The translations under genes were made by a program, and so were the position numbers. Source: Octopus vulgaris (lineage: Eukaryota). Taken from it: a stretch of 62,000 bases of DNA. The stretch spans positions 35,670,001 to 35,732,000 of the forward strand of contig OX597815.1 of assembly GCA_951406725.2 (NCBI GenBank). The letters are read 5' to 3'. This document shows positions 1-14,236 of the stretch, one piece after another (within the stretch, counting starts at the first letter, position 1; the number at the start of each line of letters is the position of its first letter). The notes below the pieces were generated by a model, which had not been told where the DNA came from, did not search any database, and was given only the letters and a program-made list of their open reading frames with translations.

Positions 1-355
1 CACTGTTAAGAATAGTTCTGTAGGCCTGCAGCTGGTCCGGAAGTAATTTAGGCTCATTTTCAACAATGTACTTTGAAAGCGCTTGAGTGTCGTAGGTTGT
101 TTCACGAATGACAGCAGTGGGAAGGCTATTTGACCTTGACCTGAATGCTTATGGCAGGCCATACGTCGACAATTCATTTCCACCCAGTTTATCAATTCTG
201 TCTTCAACGTCAATGAGTGTTTTGTTATAGATTTCATTGCTGATACCCTCCATGTCAGGATAGAGCAGTTGAGCTTGGCGCTGAAGGGGACAATGTTTTT
301 GAGATTCCGGTTCGAATGTAAGGCAGGATTGAAAGTGTTCCCAACAGTTATTAGT
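1..355 (-). mobile_element. Helitron Rep/helicase fragment (linker before the PIF1-like helicase), continues beyond window start
   Basis: Manual minus-frame translation: ...EIYNKTLIDVEDRIDKLGGNELSTYGLP*...IRETTYDTQALSKYIVENEPKLLPDQLQAYRTILNS. This resembles the Helitron segment preceding helicase Walker A. One in-frame stop. Confidence 0.7.
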
Positions 356-427
356 TGTAGTGGTAGAGTGTTTATGCCGAATATGTACGTATGTATATAT
401 ATGTATGCATGCCTGTATATATGTACA

Positions 428-560
428 AAATCCACTGAGAAGGCTTTTGATGGTCTGAAGCTACAGCAGAAGACACATGCCAAGTCACCACACAGTGGGA
501 CCGAACCCAGGACCATGTGTTTGGAACGTAGTTTGTTACCACACAGCCACACCTGCCCCT
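428..560 (-). mobile_element. SINE family A, diverged 5' half
   Basis: Matches the reverse complement of the family-A head seen intact at 27884-28045. Confidence 0.75.
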
Positions 561-1658
561 ACGTATGTGTGTGTGTGTGCGTGTGTGTTATGGGTAGATA
601 TGTTATGCATGTATATATGTGTATATATATGTGTACATATTACATGTACATCTATATATATACATCTACACATAAAATACAAAATACAAAGTTATATCAT
701 GATATCGCTAGTGATAACAATACTCAAAATATATAACAGACTGGAATTGTAGGCCCGTCTCTTGCAATTTCGATCAATTGGATCTTGTCCTCCCTCTTGT
801 ATAGAAGTGTACGGCTGCAGCGAAATTCAATTTTGGACTTTCTTCTTTCGAAGGCATTTTAACAAAAATGCTTCCGTAAAGACAGTGAAAATATTGTCAA
901 TTACCCCAAACAGGGACATAATTCAATTTTTAAACAATAACCAAAGCCCCTTCTCCGAAAGGGGGAGGGTTACGGTTTACAATTATTTAACAAATGCAAC
1001 ACAACAACGTTTCCCTGACGAGGAACCAACAAACGTGATTACAATAGTCAAACAGTAATAATAATAACAACAAACCTTTTTAATTTATCCCCATTTATGT
1101 GAAACCGCTTATTCAAGTTCAAGTCATTGATGCAATTTTATACGAATTGCTAATACACACACACACACACACACACACACATAATAAGAGTGAAAAATTG
1201 AATATTAATTTGATTAATATGAATTGAAAACCAGTGGTGTAGCATATAAGACCATAGCGGATCTTCCTCTAGCAAAAAGGATGACAACTATTAATGGCTC
1301 ATCCCTGTTATATAATACTTTCACTTTAATAGTTTCACACTTGCAAAGAGAAAGTGTGGTGGTAATAGCAGGAGTAAACCACTTGAAATGAGAGAGGCAA
1401 ATCGTAAAATATTGAGTTTTCTTGAATTTTTGCTTAATTGAGGGTCAAACTGAAAAAATTTATATGCCATGACCCAATCGAATCTACTTCGAAAAATCAT
1501 AGGTAAATTCCAATTGAAAAAAATCTATATTGTAGAATTGTATTAAAAAGGAACATGGGAACAGGCAGAGAAAATCTGCCTTTTATCATAAGATATATAT
1601 ATATATATATACACACACACACGCACATACACACATATATATATACATATAGACAGAC

Positions 1659-1741
<83 letters not shown>

Positions 1742-2284
1742 GCATGTCTGACAGTCTTTAAAACATGAAATTGCCTCTATACGGTCACTCCAGTTAGATT
1801 AAGTCACTTTTGTTTTCCTTATATCACAATTTTTTATATCATTTATATCATTATATCATTTTTTGAATATACCTATTTATTGAATAATGCTTCTAGTAAT
1901 ATATTAAACGGTCATAGTCATGCCTTTTGCATCCTGCTCACTCAGAACCGACCTTGAACTAAACCACAAAACCAACGTCATAGGTAAACCATTAAGTGCA
2001 AAGTAACAATGCATTGCTATAAGTCTTTCCGTATCTACTCAGAATCCGGAACTCTTACACGGAACTTAGCTAATCGTACTCCATGAACTATTTAGATTTC
2101 TTTTAAGTTTTTTCTTTTTAGTTATTATTAAAGTATCAGATTTATTGTTATCATTGTTTAAAAAGAATATTATGTTTAGAGAATCATGCAAAGTATTCTT
2201 ATGTACATTAAAGTACACTAGGATATAGTTTTATTTGTCGTTTCTTTGTTTCCGAATTTTCCATCAAAACCCCGTTTTCAAAGA

Positions 2285-2486
2285 GAAGGTGTAACTGTGT
2301 CGTTAGAAGTTTGTTTCCTTACCACATGGTTCCAGATTCAGTTCCACTGCATGGTGCTTTGGGCAAGTGTCTTCTACTATAGCCCCGGCCGATCGCAACA
2401 ACATAGCAAAAAAAAAAACAAGAACAACAACGGGTGTCTTTCGACTAATATGGACAAGCAAAACTGAGCTGGCGTGTAAAGTAGAA

Positions 2487-2544
<58 letters not shown>

Positions 2545-2935
2545 CCACTACACTCACGGAGTGGTTGGCGTTAGGAAGGGCATCCAGCCGTAGAAACATT
2601 GCCATATCAGACTGGGCCTGGCGCAGCCTTCTGGCTTCCCAGACCCCAGTTGAACCGTCCAACCCATGCTAGCATGGAAAGCGAACGCTAAATGATGATG
2701 GTGATGATGATGATGATAAGCGCATGTGTGTATGTTTTTGTGTCTGTTCCCCACCATCGCTTGAAAACAGATGTTGGTTTGTTTGTGTCCACCTAACTTA
2801 GTGGTTCGACAAAGTAACTGATAGAATAAGTACCAGGCTTTAAAAACAAGACCTGGAACTGATTCGTTCGGCTAATACACTTCAAGGCGGTGTCTCAGCA
2901 TAGTCCAGTCCAATGAATGAAACAAATGAAAGATA
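2285..2935 (+). mobile_element. SINE family A halves (about 2285-2395 and 2722-2935) separated by (TA)n and a family-C SINE tail (about 2545-2712)
   Basis: Head piece GGGCAAGTGTCTTCTACTATAGCC. 3' piece GATAGAATAAGTACCAGG...GAAACAAATG. The middle piece GGCGTTAGGAAGGGCATCCAGC...AACCCATGCTAGC(ATG)n is shared with 35750-35885. Confidence 0.7.
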
Positions 2936-3733
2936 AAAAGCGGTACGTAGAAAGGAAAGTGAATCAGACGAATCAACAAACAGACGAACAACTCAACCCG
3001 GATGTCGAGTGATCCGCTTCAAAAGATTTCATTCTAATCAGCAAGCACTCATATACTTCCTGCTAAGCAGAGTGAACGAATCAACAGTAAGTTCCCGCGA
3101 TCAAGAAATAAATGAATGAACATACTTTGGTCATCGATGATTAGTCGGAATATTTTGATTAATCTGTTTCGGCGATATTTGAAGCAAAATTTGAACAAAT
3201 TTGAAGGCCAAAACAATGCATTTATTATATAGACCCGTTGATTGGCTTTCTTTCTCTTTATTTAATTTTTTTAGCCTGATTTCCAATCACAAAGATCCCC
3301 TTTCCATCGAGTTCATTTTTTTGGTCTTTGTTGCCATACACATTCGGTAGCTTTCTTACAACGGGGTCTAATGCTCTTAGCTTAGACTTTTTGGGGGCAA
3401 CCAGATCGAACTGTTTCAAGTGTAACTGCTCGAAACGGTCGTGACCTCAGTTACTTGACGAAAGAAGGCCACGAGTGACCCGTCTTATAAAGAGACAGGG
3501 GTTTAAAGTTTGAGGTAGAGAAGAGATAAAAGTAACCCGGAAAGAGAGGGTTATAGGTATGGAAGTAGTGAGGGCAGGTAAAGGTATTCAGACCGAAAAG
3601 TTTTTATAAGTTGTAGTGTTACAGGTGCTATTGTATGTATGATTTTATAGTTTCTAGGGGATATGTGATTTTGTCGAAAGGAGACTTACATAAAGTCATT
3701 AAAAATATACATAACATGATCAGTGGGTTAGAA

Positions 3734-3934
3734 CAGTGGTTTTCAACCAGGGTTCCGCCAGTACAGTGCAGTGGTTCCGCAAGAAGTTACAAAACTGCTA
3801 AAATCGGCAGGGATTTTTAAGTCTCCTGTGCAGATATGTGTGCATAAGACTATTAAATTATTGCACAGGGGTTCATCGAGCCAGTGGAATGTTTCCTTGG
3901 GGTTCCGCTCCAGCAAAAAGTTTGAAAAGCACTG
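3734..3934. mobile_element. hAT-type (Charlie-like) MITE, 201 bp
   Basis: TIRs CAGTGGTTTTCAA / TTGAAAAGCACTG. Exact 8-bp TSD GGTTAGAA at 3726-3733 and 3935-3942. Confidence 0.9.
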
Positions 3935-4254
3935 GGTTAGAACATAGAAAGTTAAGTAGTGTAATCAACAAAAGAGGATGAAGTCAGACTAACCAGTCAG
4001 GGGTTATCATGAGATAGTATTATATATAGCACACCACATACCATAACACATAGTTTATAACATATGCAATTCAATTTAATTCACCATATAACATAATATC
4101 CCATGATTTTATTATATTTACAACGGATACGACACCAACATTAATTCCCTCCTTCAAAGTTCAAGTATGGCACCTGTAATCGTTAGTTTCGAAAATACTT
4201 AAATATACGGGTGACGCTATGCATGCATGATACCCTTAAGTGGAGTTGGTATCT

Positions 4255-5420
4255 CTGGGTGCATGAACTAAATGGGATCTCCCTAACAAGAAGCTCACAT
4301 GGACCGGCCTGTGGAGATTGGAATCTTTGCACATCTTCCTGCTATAGCTGGTATATGACACACTCCCGACACAAACAAACCTGCACAGATGGGGTTTGCG
4401 AGAAGACCAGCTGTGTAGACTTTGTGGAAAAAGGGGGCACTCTGGCACACATTTTGGCAGGGTGCAGAATAGTACTTTCTCAACGCAGATATAAATGGCG
4501 CCACGATAGGGTGCTTGCAACACTTGCTCATACCATGGAGCATGAAAGGCGCAAGAAACATCATCACCAAGGGAATGCAACAGCAGCAATTAATTCCATG
4601 AAAGAGGGAGAGAGACCAGTAAAGTCAGCAAAAACAATACATACCTTGCTGCAAGGATCTCAACCATGGGATATGAAAGTGGGCTTAAGGAAGAGATTGC
4701 ACTTTCCCCAGTTTGTCCATACAACCCTGAGGCCAAATGTGGTCCTGTGGTCTGAAAAGTCCAAGAAAGTTATCGTAATTGAACTAACAGTCCCGTGGAA
4801 AGTAGGGTAGGATGAGGCCCATGAACAGAAGCGTGCCAGATATGAGAGCCTTCTGCAGAATTGCAGGGAGAAGGGATGACAGGTATGGCTTTTCACAGTT
4901 GAGGTTGACTGTAGGGAATTCCCTACTCAGTCGACATGGATGATGCTTACAACAATTGGAACGAGAGGTAAGGAGCAAAGCGTGGCTGTGCGCAGGATGG
5001 GAGAGGTAGCTGAAACAGCCCCTTGTTGGCTTTGGAGTAAGAGAGAAGAGTTAAGCTGGAAGCCAGAACGAAATGAGGAGCAGTGACTTGGTCACCTCTC
5101 TAACCCACCAGCGGAAGGGTGTTACAGTGCAGGTTCGAAACACCCGATGAATGTTGGATACCTATTTCTTTATTACCCACAAGGGGCTAAACACAGAGGG
5201 GACAAACAAGGACAGACATAGGTATTAAGTCGATTACATCGACCCCAGTGCGTAACTGGTACTTAATTTATCGACCCCGAAAGGATGAAAAGCAAAGTCG
5301 ACCTCGGCGGAATTCGAACTCACAACGTAACGCAGACGAAATACCGCTAAGCATTTCGCCCGGCGTGCTAACGTTTCTGCCAGCTCGCCGCCTTAATGTT
5401 GGATACCGTCTGACAACATC
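4255..5420 (+). mobile_element. Decayed HERO-like non-LTR retrotransposon 3' end (CCHC finger + restriction-like endonuclease + 3' UTR)
   Basis: Frameshifted translation: VYDTLPTQTNLHRWGLREDQLCRLCGKRGTLAHILAGC...RYKWRHDRVL...LRPNVVLWSEKSKKVIVIELTVPW. Stops and frameshifts present. A SINE is inserted in the 3' UTR. Confidence 0.85.
5163..5394 (-). mobile_element. SINE family B (tRNA head, B1 tail), full length
   Basis: Full unit flanked by a 13-bp TSD AATGTTGGATACC at 5150-5162 and 5395-5407. Confidence 0.95.
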
Positions 5421-5507
5421 AGTTCCTCTTGGCTAAGGCTCCATTCACTTTGGTGAATGGATAAAGCACCTCCTTATAAGTGTTATTAACATACATACGC
5501 ATAATAT

Positions 5508-5567
<60 letters not shown>

Positions 5568-5568
5568 G

Positions 5569-5672
<104 letters not shown>

Positions 5673-5794
5673 GAGAAAGAGAGAGAGAGAGAGAGAGCGT
5701 TCCAGACCTATGCCGAAATTCTTCAAATGTTGAAAATCCTGGATTCACGACGGTAACACCGTTGTAGGGATTATACACGTATATAAACAATATA

Positions 5795-6307
5795 TCTATA
5801 TATATAAAACTGTAGTTGTGTGAGTGTCTGTCCCCTTCGATTTAGATTCCTAACTACTCCCACATTTTGCGGTGCAGTTTAACCAAATTTGGGTATCTTA
5901 TAGTCGTGATTCATATCGAGCCCGTCTGAGTATTAGCGCGCATCTACGATGAGTCTACGATTTTAAAAATAATTTAACATCATTTTTTATTCCATTTTAA
6001 TGCATAATTTTTCGTGTGTCGATGGCGGCGGAGTTGGCGTCCATGGTCACACCTGCACCTGTTTTCTTCTCCCCCTTCTTCCCTCCCTCGTGAAGCTGTG
6101 GGGAAGGGAATGTAAGGAAATCAACGTCGTAAAGCGTTGTCAAGGAGACCAGCGTTCTTTTAGAACAACGACTTCATGGCTTGAAGACACCAAAACAGAA
6201 ATGGCTAAGAAAGCCCGAATTGGCATCCATAAGGGAAGTAACTCTCTAAAAATGCTTATATAGTTATTTCCCTTACAAACCCGAGCAACGCCGGGCGATA
6301 CTGCTAG
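5795..6307 (+). mobile_element. Non-autonomous Helitron
   Basis: Starts TC (TCTATATATATAAAA) after an A. Ends with hairpin CCCGAGCAACGCCGGG (6280-6295) then CTAG (6304-6307) before a T. These are the canonical Helitron termini and A/T target. Confidence 0.85.
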
Positions 6308-6455
6308 TACAAGTATATAAATCGATTATCTTACATCGTCACTTGAATGGTTCTGTAGCTGTTTGAATACTCAGTGACGATTTCCGTCCTGGAGGGAACT
6401 GCGTCAGGCAGCTCCTACACCCGGACGGAAACCGTGCTGCGTGTCAGTGACCAAC

Positions 6456-6527
<72 letters not shown>

Positions 6528-6893
6528 ATGTATGTATGTATGTATGTATGTATGAATGGATTTGCCTTTTATCCATTCGGATTCAGTACCGAAAAACATA
6601 ATGTGTGTCTTGCCAAGGAGGCGGCAGGTTAGCAGAACTGTAAGGACGTCGGACCGGTTGCTTTGCAGTATTTATTCCGGCTCTTTGCGTTCTGAGTTCA
6701 GATCCCACCGTGGCCTACTTGGGTGATAGGTTTTAACTCGTCATTTGGTCCAACACCACCATTTGGTATTTCCGGTGACTTTAGCGGAGTCTTATCTGTT
6801 GCAAGCATACGGAACAGGCTTCCGTTGTGGGGATCGTTTCCACCAGTCTCGGACTCCTTCCCACCTGAACAAAACATGCACACACACACACAT

Positions 6894-6935
<42 letters not shown>

Positions 6936-6938
<3 letters not shown>

Positions 6939-7923
6939 CATTCATACTTTGAATTTGGTGATACTAGCTGTGGCTTCTAGCTCGCTCTGATACTGAGTTG
7001 AGTTGGTGCCTTCTAGTATCTCAAAATTCAATATTCAATCATTCATGATTGTTAGTATCCTGCGCTGATGAAAGAAGAAGTCTGGGTAAAGTAGAGTTAT
7101 CTAATTCTTATGATTTCCTAAGACTTGATCTCGAAACGTACGTCCGTAGGTGACTTAAAACTGTATGATAGATTGCCGTTAATTCATTCTCTTTTACCTG
7201 TTTGTGTTTGCCTTTCAAATGCTGTGCCTTTACTGTGATCTCCCTTTTAGTAGAAGAAATAGCTATAATCTCTTTGACTGCTATTTCTAAATTCGGTGTG
7301 TGGTAAGGCAATTCGTTGCTAAACCCTTAATTGCTTAGTATTACTTAAATTTTCCTCGAATGAGGCTTTTACATGCCGAAGACTACTTGGTGTAATTGAT
7401 AATTGTTCCAAATTAATTAATTTCACCCTTCATTGTTACTCATAAACCATATTCATCCCAGTAAATGACCACAGCACTTTGTCCTGGCTACACGCGGGTG
7501 GGAAGGGACTGGTGACACAAGCTTTCATTCATACTTTGAATTTGGTGATACTAGCTGTGGCTTCTAGCTCGCTCTGATACTGAGTTGAGTTGGTGCCTTC
7601 TAGTATCTCAAAATTCAATATTCAATCATTCATGATTGTTAGTATTCTGCGCTGATGAAAGAAGAAGTCTGGGTAAAGTAGAGTTATCTAATTCTTATGA
7701 TTTCCTAAGACTTGATCTCGAAACGTACGTCCGTAGGTGACTTAAAACTGTATGATAGATTGCCGTTAATTCATTCTCTTTTACCTGTTTGTGTTTGCCT
7801 TTCAAATGCTGTGCCTTTACTGTGATCTCCCTTTTAGTAGAAGAATAGCTATAATCTCTTTGACTGCTATTTCTAAATTCGGTGTGTGGTAAGGCAATTC
7901 GTTGCTAAACCCTTAATTGCTTA

Positions 7924-7927
<4 letters not shown>
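6936..7927. repeat. About 405-bp direct repeat pair with 181-bp spacer, embedded in (TA)n
   Basis: 6936-7341 and 7523-7927 differ by one substitution and one 1-bp indel that I could see. (TA)n on both flanks. Confidence 0.95.
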
Positions 7928-7961
<34 letters not shown>

Positions 7962-7966
<5 letters not shown>

Positions 7967-8075
7967 GTACGTCAAAGTCGATCTCGGCGAAATTTGAACT
8001 CAAAACGTAAAGACAGAAGAAATACAGTTAAGCATTTCACCCGACGCGCTAACGTTTCTGCCAGCTCACCGCCTT
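7962..8075 (-). mobile_element. SINE family B, 5' part
   Basis: CAAAGTCGATCTCGGCGAAATTTGAACTC...CTGCCAGCTCACCGCCTT. Confidence 0.8.
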
Positions 8076-8534
8076 AGAAAGTAAAAGTTGATATTTTCTT
8101 TATTCTTATAGCTAAAGCGTTACTCCCTTACTTTTACTGACAGGAAATTTCGTAACATTTTACCTCATAACTATTTTTCTACTAAATATTGTTCAATGCG
8201 ACTAGTGATTCTGAATTTCTCATGCATTTTTCTATCATTTAAGCCCAAGAAAGGTATACTTTTAATTCAAATTTAAATAGTTTATGTTAATTGAAGGTGA
8301 ATAGGTGCCTTACTACTCCCCTTGAGGTCGTAGATATTTTGACGTTACTTTTTTTTCTACTGAACCAAATCTTAAACTATTTATGCCAAAGTGTAGCTGA
8401 GGAAGTGTCCTCTTTAAAACTATTAAGTTTGCAATTTAGTTGAGAACTGAATTAGTGAAGTTTGGAAGCTGCTGTGATTGACGAAATGGTGCACTTAAGA
8501 ATATATTCAACCACTACCGTGGTTGAATGATACA

Positions 8535-8566
8535 TGTATATGCATATACATACATGCATACATATA

Positions 8567-8622
<56 letters not shown>

Positions 8623-8702
8623 TATGTATATACATACATATATATATATATACATATATACATACAAATATATATGTGTGTATGTATATATACATACATA
8701 CA

Positions 8703-8735
<33 letters not shown>

Positions 8736-8767
8736 GCATACATACATATATGTGTATATATATATAC

Positions 8768-8812
<45 letters not shown>

Positions 8813-8832
8813 TGTATATATGCATACCTACA

Positions 8833-8870
<38 letters not shown>
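8535..8870. repeat. Compound (TA)n/(CATA)n microsatellite
   Basis: Direct inspection. It generates six spurious YI-rich ORFs. Confidence 0.95.
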
Positions 8871-8874
<4 letters not shown>

Positions 8875-8959
8875 TGTTGGTTGCGCTCAGCGCACGACAA
8901 TTAATTATTCCCTTCAGGTTTCGGCTATTATAGTTAATCGTGTTAAATTCACACTGTCA

Positions 8960-9250
8960 CGTGTTCATAAGGGGTCCTGTGCCGTCAGAGATGGGCTATT
9001 AAGTAATACACAGAGTGCATCAATAATGACAGAAGAGTATATGGGCTTGAACATAGTATTCCTTTATTTTGTCTGTTACGTATGTTTCAGTATACGGTAA
9101 CACATGATGTCACACTATAGTTGCAATCCATAGATGCACCTAAGGGGAACATGCATGAGTAAACACATCTTCAGACACATAACCGAGAAATGCAAGCCAC
9201 AAATATGCATTAACCAAGTTTAGATCCTTGAGAGGTACAAGGCTAAAGGA
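8960..9250 (+). pseudogene. Highly decayed CR1/L2-group LINE 3' coding remnant
   Basis: Aligns with 42460-42660 (TGTTTCAGTAT.CGG.AACACAT.A..TCACACTAT). VIHRVHQ resembles the 'IERVQRR' region of LINE ORF2. Confidence 0.45.
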
Positions 9251-9966
9251 GGAGTGTCCGGGAGGATCATGATCCCCACAGCAACAAATGTGAACTAGTC
9301 TTGGTAAGAACAGACCGAACTATAGAGTAGGAGACCTAACTATAAAAGGATATAGACTCGAATTTAATATGACAAATGCATTAATGAATATATCTAATAA
9401 AGTTGCACAAGGTCTGACATATTAGTAGAACACCCGAATTCATTTACTCAGACGCCTTTTTTCTTGTGCAACGTGGCGCAGGGTGAGCAGTCAATAACAA
9501 CAAAATGACAAGATTTTGAAAATTCAGTTTTGTTTCCAATTTTTGTACCAGGATAACTTCTTATCACTAAGATGAAACTATATAAAACTATATATATTCT
9601 GAACATATACCTAATGGTGAGTATAAAAATCTAAAAAATACAGCATTTGGAACTACTCTAAATATGAAGTTTTATCCCCTGAAAATGAGTCAAAATTAAA
9701 TTCTCACTATGGTAGGTAGTTCAGAACTGCGAAAATCGATTAGAAAAACTTTAGAACCTGGAAATGGCTATACAAAAATTACGAAGTGATTGATCAATGG
9801 GACCTCATACATTTATAATATCTTTATAGATTCAGGGGGGGGGGGGGCGAAAAGAAGAAAGATTCTTCTAGTCTCATATTGAGAGTTGATGGGTCAACCA
9901 TAAAAGTTTTCTTAGACCATATTTTGCCTCCAAAGTTGAATAACAATTAGTAAAACGAGTAAAATG

Positions 9967-10240
9967 TCAAACATAACATAGAAAGCGAAATAAATCAAAA
10001 ACAGTTCGCCAGGTTAATACGTATGATATCAAACTTTGTAAATGTTTAATATCATTGCATGAAATATTATTGAAACGATTAGTTATGTTTCCAAAAGAAG
10101 GATCGACGTTTTTACAATTATGTCTTTTACTGAAATCCAACAAATATTTTTTTAGCCAGAAAAATTGACTGGCGGAGCCTTTAGGACGAAAGAACTTTAC
10201 ACTAATATCAGAGTGTTCAGCTGAAACATAATTGCCACTC
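9967..10240 (-). pseudogene. Possible DNA-transposon-derived coding remnant
   Basis: SDISVKFFRPKGSASQFFW resembles a C-terminal segment I recall from animal transposon-associated ORFs. Recognition from memory only. Confidence 0.25.
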
Positions 10241-11449
10241 CGAAGTACCAATCATTATCGTACCGACACACATAGTTATCTTGTAGTGGCTGTCCTCATG
10301 AATGATTTCCAGATACAAGACTCGTGGATATGTCATTATATATTCACTAGAATGACCTTTTTTTTTTCAGTCAGGTACTCGTCGAGCAAAATGCATGGCA
10401 GTGTTGCGTCCGTCTTCACGTTCTGAATCAATATGTTTTTGGGGTCAATAAAATAAGTATCAGTAGAGTACTGGAATTGATGTAATCGACTTACCCCTCC
10501 CCAAAAATTGCTGGCCTTGTGCCAAAATTTCAAACCGATGGAACCCACCGTGGGGATCGCCTCATCACCTACCTTCAATAAAGCAGTGTTCCTTTATCTA
10601 ATGGCCGACATTTTATGTCTGTCTTTGTATTGTCCTCCCTCATCCTTCGCTCTGTTGGCAAATAAAAGAAATTGTTATTGTTGTAGTCGTCGTTGTCGTT
10701 GTTGTTGTTGTTGTTGTTACTACAGTTGCTGCTACTGTTATTGTTATAACAGCCCTAGGAAGTCTCCCTCTTTTCGGGAATTTTGGTTATAATTGTATAT
10801 TGTTAGTTTTGTTTTTACTTTTTACATGCCTCTTTTATAACTCCGCATTGCATTGTCTGATACTCTCCCCAATGCTTTTCGTGAACCCTTAAGGGTTAGA
10901 GTGAGAGAGCAATGCATCCCATCTAAGTAACATTGGGGTACAAATATACGAAGCCCAATATACCTACTATGACTACCCGTCTGATAAGGGCACACCAGGC
11001 ACATACATCACAACCATATGTGAGCGACATGGTGATCTTATACCAGGACAAACAGCGCATGACCTTGTAGATGGGGCCCAGTTACAATTTTCTTCAGATT
11101 GAGTAGTGCATGCCGCACAAAAGGTCCCTGAATAAGGTTTGTTTAAGGATGATGAACAAAACGCCCATGTTTCCAGAGGTGAATTATTCAAACCCCGAAG
11201 AATTCCTCTCAACACATGGCTATGATGCTCCCTCACTACATCTGCTCGTGATCAGAGATGCGCATATCGTCAGCCACTAAAGGACAGGCTCAACTGGTTA
11301 AGGTCAAGCAACTGACAAATTTGTGGTATTGAGCAGAATATCTGCTGTAACCCTTCTTTTATACAGAGACAAAACATTTACATGATGGCACTTCCAATCA
11401 ATTATGATCAAAAGCCATGAGAGCCTCTACCTGGTACTGCATTAGGGCA

Positions 11450-11997
<548 letters not shown>

Positions 11998-12792
11998 CGC
12001 AGAGGTCGAATTTGTCTTTTATTCTTTCGCAGTCGATGAAATAAGTACCAGTTGCGTACTGGGATCGATGTAAATGGCTAGCCCCTTGCTACAAAATTTT
12101 AGACTTTGTGCCTACAGTAGAAAAGAGTGTTGTTGTTGTTGTTGTTGTTGTAGTTCCTACTGCAGTTGCTGCAGTGCCTACTGCAGCTGCTCTTATTTGT
12201 ACTTAAGCATATATACGCGCATACTAGCACACACGCATACTCATACATACTCTGATGCACTCACAAACTAATACGCAAATACTCACATGACTGTATGTAG
12301 GAGTGTAAATAATTTGTCTGAAGTGTACAGACGATTCCGCTATATTATCTGCATAAAATGCTCCTACTCCGCTTGGTGGTGCTAAGTCCTAAAAAATAAC
12401 TTCAGTAACAAATAGCTTACTGTGTCCACAATGAAAACAAGGTGTGTAAATCATACTAAATTCTAAACCCTCATCTCCACTCTAAGTCGATGTTAAGAGA
12501 CTAATAAAAACTCATTGTTCTATGAAGTGCAGTTAAGTCCAAATTTTTATCTATACGAATATCTATCCATTTGGTTTGTCAGCTGACTGGTTAGTTAAGT
12601 ACCTACGTACCTATTTATCTATCTATCTGTCAATTTATCTATCTATTAATCTTGCTAGCTAGCAAGTTGTCTGCCTGTCTGTCTGTACGTGCGTATGTAC
12701 GCACGTATGTATGAATGTATGTGTGTGTATTTGTATACACACACTTGCACGCACGTTTCTTTCTATGTTAAATTATAATAAAAACAATTTTA

Positions 12793-12977
12793 GGATCTTT
12801 TCGGTTTGAACGGCAGTTTTTTAAAATAATTTCCACATAACTAAACACTTTTAAACTTCGTATACCCTAACCCTAAAACAGATTGAAATGCAATAGATCG
12901 ATAGTAGGGTCATAATTATGGGTGACAAATTCATATGACACCGCTAGAAAAAACTGCCGTTCAAACCGAAAAGATCC
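12793..12977. mobile_element. 185-bp MITE with perfect 30-bp TIRs and 8-bp TSD
   Basis: TIR GGATCTTTTCGGTTTGAACGGCAGTTTTTT at 12793-12822, reverse complement at 12948-12977. TSD CAATTTTA at 12785-12792 and 12978-12985. Confidence 0.92.
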
Positions 12978-13229
12978 CAATTTTACATTAAACTGAAGGA
13001 TTACTCGATACTTTTGTAGAGTACAAATCTATTATTCCTCAACAAGAATAGTATTGACTGTAACTTTGAAGTTTCGGCCAAATAAGCCATCATTGGGCGT
13101 ATGATGGCTTAATCATTGTCAATACTATTCTTATAAAAGAATTCTCTCTTTCTCTCGATTAGATCTAATTACCTTTTGGTTATACACTTTTTATATGCAT
13201 CTGTATTGACTTTCTCTCTAACAATGCCT

Positions 13230-14125
13230 TTCCCTATATATTGCCCTTATGTAATTCTTTTCCCCAAATGAATTGCACTCCATACAGTGCAGTGACGTCC
13301 AATTCGAGGTCTGGTATAACTCTCAATTCCAAAGTTTGGTGCCAGCCCTCCAGTATCTTCCACACATATATTACTGCATACCTCTCTCTTCTCCGCTTCT
13401 GGGAGTAGAGTCATAACTATTTCAGTCTCTCCCAGTAGCTCAGCTGATGTAATCTTCCTTGTGTAGCATCACTGAACCGCCTCAAGTTCTGCTATTAATC
13501 TGACACTGTAAGGTGACCACAGTTGACAACAGTAGTCCAGATGGCTGAGTTTCCTGGTCTCTTGTTCTGAAGGTTTTCAGAATCCATCCAGCCATTCGCC
13601 AGCATAGTGCCACCATCGTTGCTCATATCAGTCCCAAGATCATGCACCGTATGTGATTCTACGACTGCCGCTCCTTTTCGTTCAAAGTATCATTGTTGAG
13701 ACTTCTGAGTACCAATTAACTGGTAGTGGAGGGTTTGGAATTTGCCTGCATTAAATTGCATGTTGCTGTCCTCAGCCCATTTATATATGGCATCTAGGTC
13801 TTTCTGTAGGGGATTAACATCAGAAGGTTCCTTGACTGCTTGTACTACTTTTGTGTTGTCGGCATAGCTTAGTAAGTGTGGCTGTCTGTGTAACTGATGG
13901 CATATCTAAAAGATCCACCATAAACAGTAGCAACCCCAACACAATTCCCGGAGACACTCCACTTTCTATTACTATCTCCTTGGAGAGGGTTCCGTTCGCT
14001 GCTACAGCCTCGTTTCTGTCTTTAAAGAAGCCAAGCAACCACTCTCTGAGTCTGCGACTTATCGTCCCGTGATCAACCTTATAAAAGGCCTTTCCAAAGT
14101 CGACATGTATGACATCCATGTGTGA
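13230..14125 (-). mobile_element. Decayed CR1/L2-group LINE RT fragment
   Basis: DVIHVDFGKAFYKVDHG...SGVSPGIVLGLLLF, plus frameshifted downstream motifs (...WERLK...RRRERYAVIYVWKILEGLAPN). Confidence 0.85.
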
Positions 14126-14137
14126 GCGATTCATATG

Positions 14138-14236
<99 letters not shown>

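Noticed and set aside
1005-1040. Hammerhead-like CTGACGAGGAACC
   Set aside because: No GAAA in the correct position after helix II.
9000-9190. Conserved non-coding pair or paralogous exons with 42460-42650
   Set aside because: No shared open frame. The second copy ends in the LINE 3' UTR, so old LINE relics explain the similarity.
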